In this document: piece after piece, positions 8,133 to 15,995 of the stretch
Position numbering within the stretch: the first letter of the stretch is position 1
Layout of the letters: the number at the start of each line of letters is the position of its first letter
Virus record (IMG/VR): IMGVR_UViG_3300035135_001680
Location: 1-24,643 of that record
Strand: one strand, 5' to 3'
Source of the DNA: a virus
Lineage: Duplodnaviria > Caudoviricetes
DNA: 24,643 bases
The notes under the pieces: model-generated
Seen by the model: the letters and a program-made list of their open reading frames with translations, nothing else
Told to the model about the DNA's origin: nothing
Database searches by the model: none
Translations under genes and position numbers: made by a program

Positions 8133-8953
8133 AATGCACCGCTTAAAAGAATCATCACATAAATCATAAGGTAATCAATCCAATAAAAGTAATCATCTAA
8201 ACCGCTCATGAGCCTTGCGTGCCTAGAGGTCAATACAGGATATAAGATATACAACACATACAACAGATTGAATATTGCGGCACGGATGAAAAACCACCAT
8301 AACCACTCGCGCATTTTTCTATCACGCATGCGGCTTTTGACTTTGGATGGTCCGGCAACCTTTTTCACTTTGTCACTACCCTTTGGCGGTTGCAAGCTTT
8401 CAATAGTTGATCCAACGGTATAAATCAATTGTGTTTGCCTGACTCCCTTAAAACGATACTCACCGGCAAGTGCATATCTAGTGCCTTTTGGTGTAAATGA
8501 GTTGGTCCGGTGCTTGACCGCTTGCATTGCCTCTTTTGTTAGCAACACTTGACCGGCACCGCATAAGCTCATGGTGCGTGCGGCAATATTCTTGCTCAAT
8601 CCCTCAAGCTCAATAGCCTTTGCACCTCCTAAAGTCATCAGCTCATCTTGTTGCACTTCAACTATTTTACCCCAATGTATGCCAACCCTGGCACCTAGCT
8701 TTGTTTTTGGTGGCACCGTCTGTTGATAATGCAAGGCAAAGTTAACGGCATCAATTGGACGCTCAAAGCTAAGTAGAAAACCGTCTGATCTGTCAATCTC
8801 TCTGCCTTGAAACTTGTACACAAGTGACCGTGCCAACCGGTCATGATACTGCAACCACTTGGCACCTTTCATTGCACCAACTTTTTGCACAAATGCAGTT
8901 GAGCTAATCAAATCAAGTAATACAATGGCAAGGTATCGTTCTTTAAACTCCAT
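8129..8953 (-). CDS. Class III nucleotide (adenylate/guanylate-type) cyclase with C-terminal TM anchor
   Basis: 'IVLLDLISST' (metal Asp14), 'GREIDRSDGF' (Asp57), 'ARVGIHWG', 'KNIAAR' (Asn122/Arg126), 'GQVLLT', 'GEYRFKGV'. Two hydrophobic C-terminal segments. GAGGTG RBS. Confidence 0.9.
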   Translation of the reverse strand: MEFKERYLAIVLLDLISSTAFVQKVGAMKGAKWLQYHDRLARSLVYKFQGREIDRSDGFLLSFERPIDAVNFALHYQQTVPPKTKLGARVGIHWGKIVEVQQDELMTLGGAKAIELEGLSKNIAARTMSLCGAGQVLLTKEAMQAVKHRTNSFTPKGTRYALAGEYRFKGVRQTQLIYTVGSTIESLQPPKGSDKVKKVAGPSKVKSRMRDRKMREWLWWFFIRAAIFNLLYVLYILYPVLTSRHARLMSGLDDYFYWIDYLMIYVMILLSGAL

Positions 8954-8972
8954 TGTATCACCTCAAGCCGGT

Positions 8973-9683
8973 TTAATATTTCCTCAAACTAAAAGAGTTT
9001 GGCTCATGTACACTAAATAAACATTCTACTTTTATTTGTGTTTTCTTATCTAGTGTACACGATAATTGTTGTGACCATACTTTTTTAAATGGTGCCTCAT
9101 ACTCACTGATAAATACCTTGTGCCCTTCTTTTACTTTGTCTTTACACCATTGATAAAACTCATCATGATTAAAATTCATGCCATATCCTGTTGTATTGAT
9201 ATAAGGCGGATCACAATATATTATGCTATTTTTTGGTATGCTTAAATCATAATATTCACAACTATAAAGCTCTAAATTTTTTAGTTTAGGGATTAGTTTA
9301 ATTAAAGCATTTCTACTTTCTAAAGCATCATTTCTCAAGCTGTTGTTTCTTTTTGCATAACCTCCAAACCATTTTGCACCAAAAGAGCAACCAAAACCAA
9401 CAAAAGCAACCAAGTGATCAGGATATGCATTTTTATTGTTTTTGATCTCATTGTATTGCTTTTCTGTGATGCTGCTTGGTGGGATCCAACCGTTTTGTAA
9501 TGCTTTAAACATTGCAATCAATTCTTTGTGAATATCTGAGCCAATTCTTTTACCTGGCACTCTTGATATGACTTGAGCTGATCCCATGAACGGCTCAACC
9601 CAAGTCATATTTTCATCACGCTCTGCTTGAATATAGTTTATTATTTTTTTAGCTATTCGTCTTTTAGAGCCAAGATACCTCAC
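8973..9683 (-). CDS. DNA N6-adenine methyltransferase (Dam/D12 class)
   Basis: 'YLGSKRRIA', SAM-binding 'VEPFMGS', catalytic 'YCDPPY'. Likely GTG start at 9683 behind AGGAG, just after the TerL stop. Markedly AT-rich. Confidence 0.9.
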   Translation of the reverse strand: MRYLGSKRRIAKKIINYIQAERDENMTWVEPFMGSAQVISRVPGKRIGSDIHKELIAMFKALQNGWIPPSSITEKQYNEIKNNKNAYPDHLVAFVGFGCSFGAKWFGGYAKRNNSLRNDALESRNALIKLIPKLKNLELYSCEYYDLSIPKNSIIYCDPPYINTTGYGMNFNHDEFYQWCKDKVKEGHKVFISEYEAPFKKVWSQQLSCTLDKKTQIKVECLFSVHEPNSFSLRKY

Positions 9684-9684
9684 T

Positions 9685-11061
9685 TTAAAAACTCCTAACT
9701 GATCCACCGCCAACTCTCACCTTGCGTGCGTTGCCTAGCTTGTTTGATTTTCTAGGTGTGTATTGCCTACGGTCAACCATAGTATCATGCCAATTGAACA
9801 TGATACAATCATACCTGAGTGCATCTAATGGATCCTCTCTACCGTCCTTTTTTGGTTGCTCGTTTTTATCCCAAGAGTAACTGAGCAATGCTTTTCTGAG
9901 TGAGTTGCCTCTTGCTTTTTCGCCACGCTCCCAAACATCTTTAGTAATTAAATATTTCTTGCTACTCAAAGCACGTTTTAGCCGCTGAATACCATTGAGG
10001 ATATCAACCCTAATTGGGTCAGATGTATTGCGTAAATGCATGCCAATACCTCCCTTGCCTGGCTCTGCGCGCATTGCTCTAAATGCACTTGCACCGGTCT
10101 GATCATTTCTTGCTTTGCCGGCTTTATCTGCAACACCATCATCAAGCCAGATTCTTTCACTCGGTGCTTGATCTTTTAATGATCTAGGATAAGCAATGGC
10201 AAGTATGAGTTGTGCAAGTTGCTGTGTTGTGACTTCTGCCGGATTGATTTCATGACAAATCACAGTTGCCTCAAGTTTCTCATCATAGACCATTATAAGC
10301 ACAGACGGTTTTCTAAACCCCCAATCAATTGCGATTCTGCCGAGCATGTGAGGTTTGTATTGCCAATTATCTATGACGTGACTTTCTGTAAACTCATTAT
10401 ATACAAGACCGGTTGGCGGTGCCGGCTTGTTCATCACCATTGCCTCACGCTCTGCCTGAGGTAGCAGCTTTGTTGCCTCAAACCAAGCCTCAGACAAGTT
10501 TGCCTCATTTACATAGCTTGTAAATAATAACGGATCATAGCCGGCTTGCTCTGCCATTGAACACCACCATGCATCAGCCACCGGTAAGCCAACCAAGATC
10601 ATGATTGGTGATGGACCGGCACGCAATCTGCCCAATGCTTTGTGTGCAACTTCTGCGGTGAGCGTTTGGCACTCATCAATCAAGCAAACACCTGAGGTGA
10701 TGTTTAAACCCTCAAGAGGATTGTGTGTGGCTTCCCTTGTGCCAGGTCTATAATATGAGCGGCACCATACACTTGATCCGGTGTGCGTATCTGTCCACAG
10801 TCTCAATGTGTGGTTATACGTCCAACCGAGCGGCTCAAGCCATTTGCTGATTTCAGGCATCAACACTGAGTTGTATCTAGGATTAGTATCAGTGATAAGC
10901 AAAGATGAGCAACCTTGCCGCCATTTGCTAATCATGAGCAATGAGAATACAAGAGCAGATGTTTTGCCACTACCCCAACCACACCTGGCACTGATGACCT
11001 CATCTTGCCGCATGATACGAGCAATGATTGATTGTTGCAATGGATTGAGTTGTAGATTCAT
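9685..11061 (-). CDS. terL: Terminase large subunit
   Basis: Q-motif 'LNPLQQ', Walker A 'GWGSGKT', Walker B 'VCLIDE', nuclease 'AIDWG' and C-terminal 'EDPLDALRY'. Confidence 0.92.
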   Translation of the reverse strand: MNLQLNPLQQSIIARIMRQDEVISARCGWGSGKTSALVFSLLMISKWRQGCSSLLITDTNPRYNSVLMPEISKWLEPLGWTYNHTLRLWTDTHTGSSVWCRSYYRPGTREATHNPLEGLNITSGVCLIDECQTLTAEVAHKALGRLRAGPSPIMILVGLPVADAWWCSMAEQAGYDPLLFTSYVNEANLSEAWFEATKLLPQAEREAMVMNKPAPPTGLVYNEFTESHVIDNWQYKPHMLGRIAIDWGFRKPSVLIMVYDEKLEATVICHEINPAEVTTQQLAQLILAIAYPRSLKDQAPSERIWLDDGVADKAGKARNDQTGASAFRAMRAEPGKGGIGMHLRNTSDPIRVDILNGIQRLKRALSSKKYLITKDVWERGEKARGNSLRKALLSYSWDKNEQPKKDGREDPLDALRYDCIMFNWHDTMVDRRQYTPRKSNKLGNARKVRVGGGSVRSF

Positions 11062-11066
11062 TTCTG

Positions 11067-11504
11067 TTACTCTGTCGGCTCATCTAAGTGCTTGTTAGAT
11101 GTTGGAGGTGGGGTTGATCCTTCCTCACCTCCGTTTATTAACAATGCTTGAGCTTGTGCAATCATACCAACAACAATATCAGTGCCATCAGATTTATTGT
11201 TTACACTCACCTCAACATCACGTTTTGCAGCAAAGTGCTCAGGATATCTGCGTTCAAGCATCCAAGCCGCCGCTCTCCAATCGGTGAATGATGCTGTGGT
11301 TACTGCTTTAATGAGTACCGCTTGTGATACGTCAACCGCCGCTTGTACTTCCATTGCCAATTGCTCATCATTCTCACACCAACTGTATAAAGTTTGGCGA
11401 GTAATGCCAGCTTGACTGCAAGCAACTTCTTTAGTCAATCCCTCTCTGAGGTTTGCTAGTATCGCTTGAATCACTGCCGGTGTTTTTTTGCTCCTCTTGG
11501 TCAT
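11067..11504 (-). CDS. terS: Terminase small subunit (HTH)
   Basis: HTH 'LTKEVACSQAGITRQTLYSW' and 'DWRAAAWMLERRYP', immediately upstream of TerL. ATG at 11504 preferred over the TTG at 11525. Confidence 0.75.
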   Translation of the reverse strand: MTKRSKKTPAVIQAILANLREGLTKEVACSQAGITRQTLYSWCENDEQLAMEVQAAVDVSQAVLIKAVTTASFTDWRAAAWMLERRYPEHFAAKRDVEVSVNNKSDGTDIVVGMIAQAQALLINGGEEGSTPPPTSNKHLDEPTE

Positions 11505-11646
11505 AATGTTCTCTAAGTGCCTCAATCAATGTTTTTTCTATGTGGTTATACAAATCAATGCTTTCTTGACGCAAATCTTGGCAACTGTCATCAATTAGCT
11601 TTTTTCTTAGTTTAGATAGTATTAATGGTGCATCAACTTGCTTCAT
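11431..11646 (-). CDS. Hypothetical protein
   Basis: 71 aa, GAGG RBS upstream, fills the gap between thyX and terS and overlaps the terS 5' end. Confidence 0.55.
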   Translation of the reverse strand: MKQVDAPLILSKLRKKLIDDSCQDLRQESIDLYNHIEKTLIEALREHYDQEEQKNTGSDSSDTSKPQRGID

Positions 11647-11681
11647 TTTGGTTACCTCGCGCGCGAATAGGACAAGATAAG

Positions 11682-12362
11682 TTATATATCTAATAGAGCG
11701 GCAACACTCGCAGGACAGATCAACAAAAGCTTGCTCTTGATTGCCTCTGCTACAACTTGCACCTCCGGTTGAGCATGTGCATCTAACCTAAGTTTTAAAA
11801 AGTGCATCCAATTGTGTAAATTGCCGGTCATATAAAATGAGGTATATGTACATTGTGGCAATACTGCCCTTGCTTGTTCTCTAGCAATACCACGATCAAG
11901 CAAAGCATTGTATGCAATGAGTGCCTTAGATACAGTCTCTTTGTAAATCTCAGTTGAGATGTGATCAGTTAATTGACCGCTTGAGCATTGCAAGTTTTTA
12001 TCGCTCTGCCCTCGCCAGGAGTCACAATACCAAAGCTTGATATCTGCTGATGTGTAGCGGCGGCTTATTTCATTATAGCTGAATGTGCGGTGCCGCATGA
12101 TCTGCCTGGCAATGAACATTGGTACAGTCAACCGAAATGTTGCAGTTACATGCTCAAATGGTGAGGTATGTTGATGCTTTGCCAAAAACTTAATCAGTTT
12201 CTCATCACGCTCATCTAATACATATATGAAATCAGGTTCTAAATACTCATTAAATGACACTCGTGCCGCACTGACAACACTGAGATCACTGCCCATTGAG
12301 TCAATCAACTCAACACAGCCAATGTCATCATTATATATTTCCACCGGTTCAAACTTGCTCAT
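11682..12362 (-). CDS. thyX: FAD-dependent thymidylate synthase
   Basis: ThyX motif 'RHRTFSYNEISRRY', plus 'HTSPFEH', 'REQARAVLP' and 'LRLDAHAQPE'. Confidence 0.96.
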   Translation of the reverse strand: MSKFEPVEIYNDDIGCVELIDSMGSDLSVVSAARVSFNEYLEPDFIYVLDERDEKLIKFLAKHQHTSPFEHVTATFRLTVPMFIARQIMRHRTFSYNEISRRYTSADIKLWYCDSWRGQSDKNLQCSSGQLTDHISTEIYKETVSKALIAYNALLDRGIAREQARAVLPQCTYTSFYMTGNLHNWMHFLKLRLDAHAQPEVQVVAEAIKSKLLLICPASVAALLDI

Positions 12363-13717
12363 TTAATATGCCTTTCTATTGTATCCATTAATATATGCAC
12401 CGTTTGGTCTAACTCTTTCAGTTTGTTTTGGTCAGACTCTAGCTCAAGCAATTTATCAAGTATTACATTCAAAGTGCTTTGTATGTTCTCTAATGCATCA
12501 TGCTTGATTGTTGCTTTTGGTTGTTCAAACAATGTGCCTTGCTCACTAAACTCACTAATAGCCTGATGTTTCAAGTCTAGAAAAAGCGATGATTGAGGAT
12601 GCTTGTTAAACCATTTTATCACTTTGCTCTCAGTGTAATACATGCTTGTTATTGCAAATAAAAACTCTATTAAATACATAACATCTTGATCTGATAAACT
12701 ATCTCTTGAAACCTTGCCGCCATCCAACAATGCATTTGAAAAAGCTTGTTTAATTTGATCTTGATGATTATTAAAATCAATCTGCCAGGTTTCTTTTGGT
12801 GGTAATTTGTGTGATAAAATTGGACTTGTCAATTCTTGCCCACTGCTGCTTATATATCCTTGTGACTTTAGATCAGTAACAATATCTTGCTGCAATTCAC
12901 CTGATAACCTTCTATTGATTAATTCCTGAGTTGGATAATCATCTATTGATTTAGTTGTTGGCTCTGGCATTAGCTCCGGTTGCGTTTGTTGTATATTCTC
13001 AGACAATGCAAGTTGGTTGAGTTCATTTAATAACTGTGATTCTTGACCAAGCCAAAAAAGCTGCTCACTCACTGTATCTGTATATGCAAGTACTTGTTGT
13101 TTATCATAAGTGATTAGCTCACTTAATAAGCGCATAATTGTACTTGCACAAATTGTGTGATCAAAAGCATCTAATGAGTCTTGCAAAATTGCAAACTTGT
13201 TGCCTTTACCAATCAAGCATATTGCAGTCATGTCATGATTTTTTAGATTGTCTATTGTGCAATCTTGCTGAGGTAACCAATGATAACCAATAAAAATGCA
13301 GTATGGTAAATCAGTTTTTACTAATGCATCCCACTGATTTTTGATAGATGGTGATTCAGTTCTGATTCGATGGAACATATCACCGAGCGGTGAGCGTGAT
13401 CCAAAACATGTATGACATTTAATTTCAAGTAGAGAAAGCACCTTTGATTGTTGATTGATCTCAATGCAATCACTAATGGCATCAATTTTTGTGAGTTTTA
13501 TCATACTGCCATCTGAGGTCACATATTGACCAACTTTATTTAATATTTCTTTGATGTATGAATTGCCTTTAAGTCTGCCGTCTGATTTAGATACATATGC
13601 AGTCTGCCATCCGCTCGGAGTTTTGGCTTGTTCATACATTTCTTGCAGACGTGAATTAAAACGATTTAACTCTGATAGCTCAAATACATCATAATAGTTG
13701 ATTGATGTTGCGTTCAT
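12359..13717 (-). CDS. Hypothetical protein, possible PD-(D/E)XK nuclease with HTH and coiled coil
   Basis: 452 aa, AT-rich. 'KIDAISD...LLEIKC' could be a D...ExK motif. Central 'LQQDIVTDLKSQGYISSSGQELTSPIL' resembles a recombinase-type HTH. The ORF is solid but the function is tentative. Confidence 0.4.
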   Translation of the reverse strand: MNATSINYYDVFELSELNRFNSRLQEMYEQAKTPSGWQTAYVSKSDGRLKGNSYIKEILNKVGQYVTSDGSMIKLTKIDAISDCIEINQQSKVLSLLEIKCHTCFGSRSPLGDMFHRIRTESPSIKNQWDALVKTDLPYCIFIGYHWLPQQDCTIDNLKNHDMTAICLIGKGNKFAILQDSLDAFDHTICASTIMRLLSELITYDKQQVLAYTDTVSEQLFWLGQESQLLNELNQLALSENIQQTQPELMPEPTTKSIDDYPTQELINRRLSGELQQDIVTDLKSQGYISSSGQELTSPILSHKLPPKETWQIDFNNHQDQIKQAFSNALLDGGKVSRDSLSDQDVMYLIEFLFAITSMYYTESKVIKWFNKHPQSSLFLDLKHQAISEFSEQGTLFEQPKATIKHDALENIQSTLNVILDKLLELESDQNKLKELDQTVHILMDTIERHIK

Positions 13718-13750
13718 GGTTTAGTATATCCCTATTCATATTTCCGATTG

Positions 13751-13780
13751 AACACCGGTTCATTAATTTGAGCCGGTGTT
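13751..13780. terminator. Hairpin downstream of ssb
   Basis: AACACCGGTTCA-TTAATT-TGAGCCGGTGTT, a 12-bp stem with one G-T pair, 3 nt past the ssb stop. No U-tract on the minus strand. Confidence 0.4.
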
Positions 13781-13783
13781 TAG

Positions 13784-14185
13784 TTATTTATGCCAGGCAT
13801 TAAATGATTGACTCTGAGTTGCAAAGGTATTGGTTTCAGCCGGTAAAAGCTTATCACTTGGTTGAAATTCATCATCTTGCTTTGTTGTGAGATTTCGCCA
13901 CATTTGGCTTTTAATTTCCCACATTCTGCGACCCTCTATTTCATAGCTCTTGAGTTTGCCTTCCACATATACACGGTCACCTTTTTTGAGTTTATCATGT
14001 GCATAGCCAGGATTGGTGAATACTCGGATTGTGTGCCATTGAGTATCTTTTTGCCACTCGCCATTGGAGTCTCGGTAGTTCTCATTGGTTGCGAGTGAGA
14101 ACACCAAAAACTGAGAGCCTGTTTTAGTCGTTTTTAGCTCCGGTGCTTGCCCTATGTTGCCGATCAATTGTACTTTGTTTATCAT
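13784..14185 (-). CDS. ssb: Single-stranded DNA-binding protein
   Basis: 'MINKVQLIGNIGQAPE', 'FSLATNE', 'TQWHTI', 'LKKGDRVYVEGKL'. Confidence 0.95.
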   Translation of the reverse strand: MINKVQLIGNIGQAPELKTTKTGSQFLVFSLATNENYRDSNGEWQKDTQWHTIRVFTNPGYAHDKLKKGDRVYVEGKLKSYEIEGRRMWEIKSQMWRNLTTKQDDEFQPSDKLLPAETNTFATQSQSFNAWHK

Positions 14186-14327
14186 TTAATTTATCTCTTA
14201 ATTCTTTGAGTCTAGTTGCGAAAAAGTCAGCCGTTTTTGCTGCCTCTGGCAAGTGGCGGTTGCAGTTCCAAAAGTTGTAATACATTTGTACTGTTTTTAT
14301 CTCGTTTTCTAGCTGCTCGGTACTCAT
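14124..14327 (-). CDS. Small hypothetical protein
   Basis: 67 aa, GAGG 5 nt before the ATG, overlapping both neighbours. Confidence 0.5.
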   Translation of the reverse strand: MSTEQLENEIKTVQMYYNFWNCNRHLPEAAKTADFFATRLKELRDKLNDKQSTIDRQHRASTGAKND

Positions 14328-14466
14328 GCAAACCTCTGATGATCAAATATTTCATCATTGCTGATTTTGATTCATTATAAGTCAAGCATGCAAGTTCAAT
14401 CTCTTCAATCGTTTCTTGCTCAAGTCTAGTTGCAATATAAGCAGTTTTACTCATCTTGTTATCCAT
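14227..14466 (-). CDS. Ribbon-helix-helix (CopG/Arc-like) DNA-binding protein
   Basis: 'YIATRLEQETIEEIELACLTYNESKSAMMKYLIIRGL' fits the strand-helix-turn-helix RHH pattern. Start may be 14454. Confidence 0.6.
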   Translation of the reverse strand: MDNKMSKTAYIATRLEQETIEEIELACLTYNESKSAMMKYLIIRGLHEYRAARKRDKNSTNVLQLLELQPPLARGSKNG

Positions 14467-14467
14467 A

Positions 14468-14491
14468 GTTTATAGTGTATGTACTATAAAC
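14468..14491. promoter_or_regulatory. Palindromic operator candidate
   Basis: GTTTATAGT-N6-ACTATAAAC, a perfect 9-bp inverted repeat next to the RHH gene start. Confidence 0.5.
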
Positions 14492-14530
14492 GATTGTACA
14501 CACTAATTACACAACAAGAAAAGTAAAAAG

Positions 14531-14664
14531 TGAGGGTATGCGATTCTGTGCTTTAAAATTACTTGTTTCAATCACTACCTATCAGTCTAAAAAATAAACA
14601 AATTAAACCTATATTGCATTTCTATAATAAAGGTTTAAAGGTAGAAAAAAGGTGCATACCCTCA
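14531..14664. ncRNA. Candidate structured non-coding element
   Basis: Three nested inverted repeats: TGAGGGTATGC/GCATACCCTCA (11 bp), CTACCT/AGGTAG and TTAAACCT/AGGTTTAA. A T-run follows on the minus strand. Confidence 0.35.
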
Positions 14665-14682
14665 ACCTACACTCTAGAGCAT

Positions 14683-15042
14683 TTAAATTGTATTTGCAAC
14701 AACACAATCATATTTGTATTCAGTTGACGGACAAAGGTTGATTGAGCCAACAATTGGTGTTTTGCACTTGATGCATATATGAGCAATGACCGGTGCCTTG
14801 TGGTGTGCAAAGTGTGCTGACTCTCTAATGTGCAATAGCCATTGCCTTGCCTGGCTCCTGGCTTTACTTTCAATTGTTGTTAGCGTGGCACCTCTATATT
14901 TGGGTGTATCGAGTATGATGCTTTCATAGTCTCTAGTGAGTATCTCAAGCAATTGATTGTAGCAATAGATTACTCTAAAGCCCTCTGTGATGATTGCAGA
15001 GTCAAACATGTCTCTAGGCTCTAAATAAATTAAATCAGGCAT
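14683..15042 (-). CDS. Hypothetical protein with C-terminal Cys cluster
   Basis: ATG at 15042 overlaps the upstream stop (TAATG), GGGGAG RBS. 'CIKC...C...C' is a possible Zn site. Confidence 0.6.
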   Translation of the reverse strand: MPDLIYLEPRDMFDSAIITEGFRVIYCYNQLLEILTRDYESIILDTPKYRGATLTTIESKARSQARQWLLHIRESAHFAHHKAPVIAHICIKCKTPIVGSINLCPSTEYKYDCVVANTI

Positions 15043-15995
15043 TAGTAAACTCCCCATGATTTGAGAGCGGCACTTGGTGCTCTGCGATCTTTGCCGGTCA
15101 TCTTTATCGCATCACCAAACATCTGATAAAGCCGTGACATGATCGCATCATTACGATCTAAAGCAAGATAAGTTTCTCTTGGTGTGAGATTAGTGGTCAT
15201 CACTATGCTGAGTTGCCCTGATCCCCATGCCTCATAAATTGCACCAATCATATCAGAGGTAAAACCCTTGTACCAATCTGTGAGATTAGCTTTGCCACCA
15301 ATGCCGCAGAGTTCATCAAACAAAAGCAACTCAACACCGCTCAACCAATTTGTGAGAAACGCATCAGATGATTTAGTGTTGAATGATCTTTTGACCGCAT
15401 CAACTGTCTTGTTGTGTGATGTGTACATTACTCGGTAATCATTGAACACTGCCCATTTAGCCAGAGCATAAAGCAGTGTTGTTTTGCCATTGCCGGCGGT
15501 GCCGTACATATACACGCTTGGTGATTGTGGTCTGTCTTGCTCACCGTACAACATCCATTGTTGCAGATTCTGCACTTTGTGTTGTTGCTCTTGAGTATCC
15601 CATTCATACATGCCAAAGTTTTTACCGCTTGCATCAGCGGGCAATTTGAGATCGTTTAAACGTCTTAATCTCTGTCTCGGTATTTGACAGTGCTTGCACT
15701 TTGCACTTGCTCTTGATCCATCTCTGACAGTTGCAACCCAACCATTGTCACATCTGCCGCAATATGGCAGCGGCTTGGCTTGATAAAAGGCAGATGACGG
15801 ATAGATGATATTTTCTGATTCTAGGTTTTGATCGTTTAGATGTCTAAAGTCTAAAAGCTCTTGATGTTGTTTAGATGATTGCTCAGAGCGTTCACGATTG
15901 CTGAGTGAGTGCAAGAGCTTGTTGAGTGCCGGATTGTCTCCGAGCTTTTGCATGCCTGAAATGTGCTTGTTAGATGATCGGCTCATAATAGCCAC
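15042..15995 (-). CDS. DnaC/IstB-like AAA+ helicase loader
   Basis: Zn finger CGRC..GW...CKHC, Walker A 'GTAGNGKT', Walker B 'LLLFDEL', 'MTTNL', 'IMSRL', 'GKDRR'. Follows the initiator gene. Confidence 0.88.
   Translation of the reverse strand: MAIMSRSSNKHISGMQKLGDNPALNKLLHSLSNRERSEQSSKQHQELLDFRHLNDQNLESENIIYPSSAFYQAKPLPYCGRCDNGWVATVRDGSRASAKCKHCQIPRQRLRRLNDLKLPADASGKNFGMYEWDTQEQQHKVQNLQQWMLYGEQDRPQSPSVYMYGTAGNGKTTLLYALAKWAVFNDYRVMYTSHNKTVDAVKRSFNTKSSDAFLTNWLSGVELLLFDELCGIGGKANLTDWYKGFTSDMIGAIYEAWGSGQLSIVMTTNLTPRETYLALDRNDAIMSRLYQMFGDAIKMTGKDRRAPSAALKSWGVY

Noticed and set aside
7695-8953. Firm call as canonical Pycsar
   Set aside because: The cyclase is membrane-anchored and the partner has no recognisable cNMP-binding domain. 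Only the architecture is similar, so it is kept as a hypothesis.
15042-15995. IstB of an IS21 element
   Set aside because: No IstA transposase or terminal repeats are present, and the context next to an initiator with iterons indicates a helicase loader.
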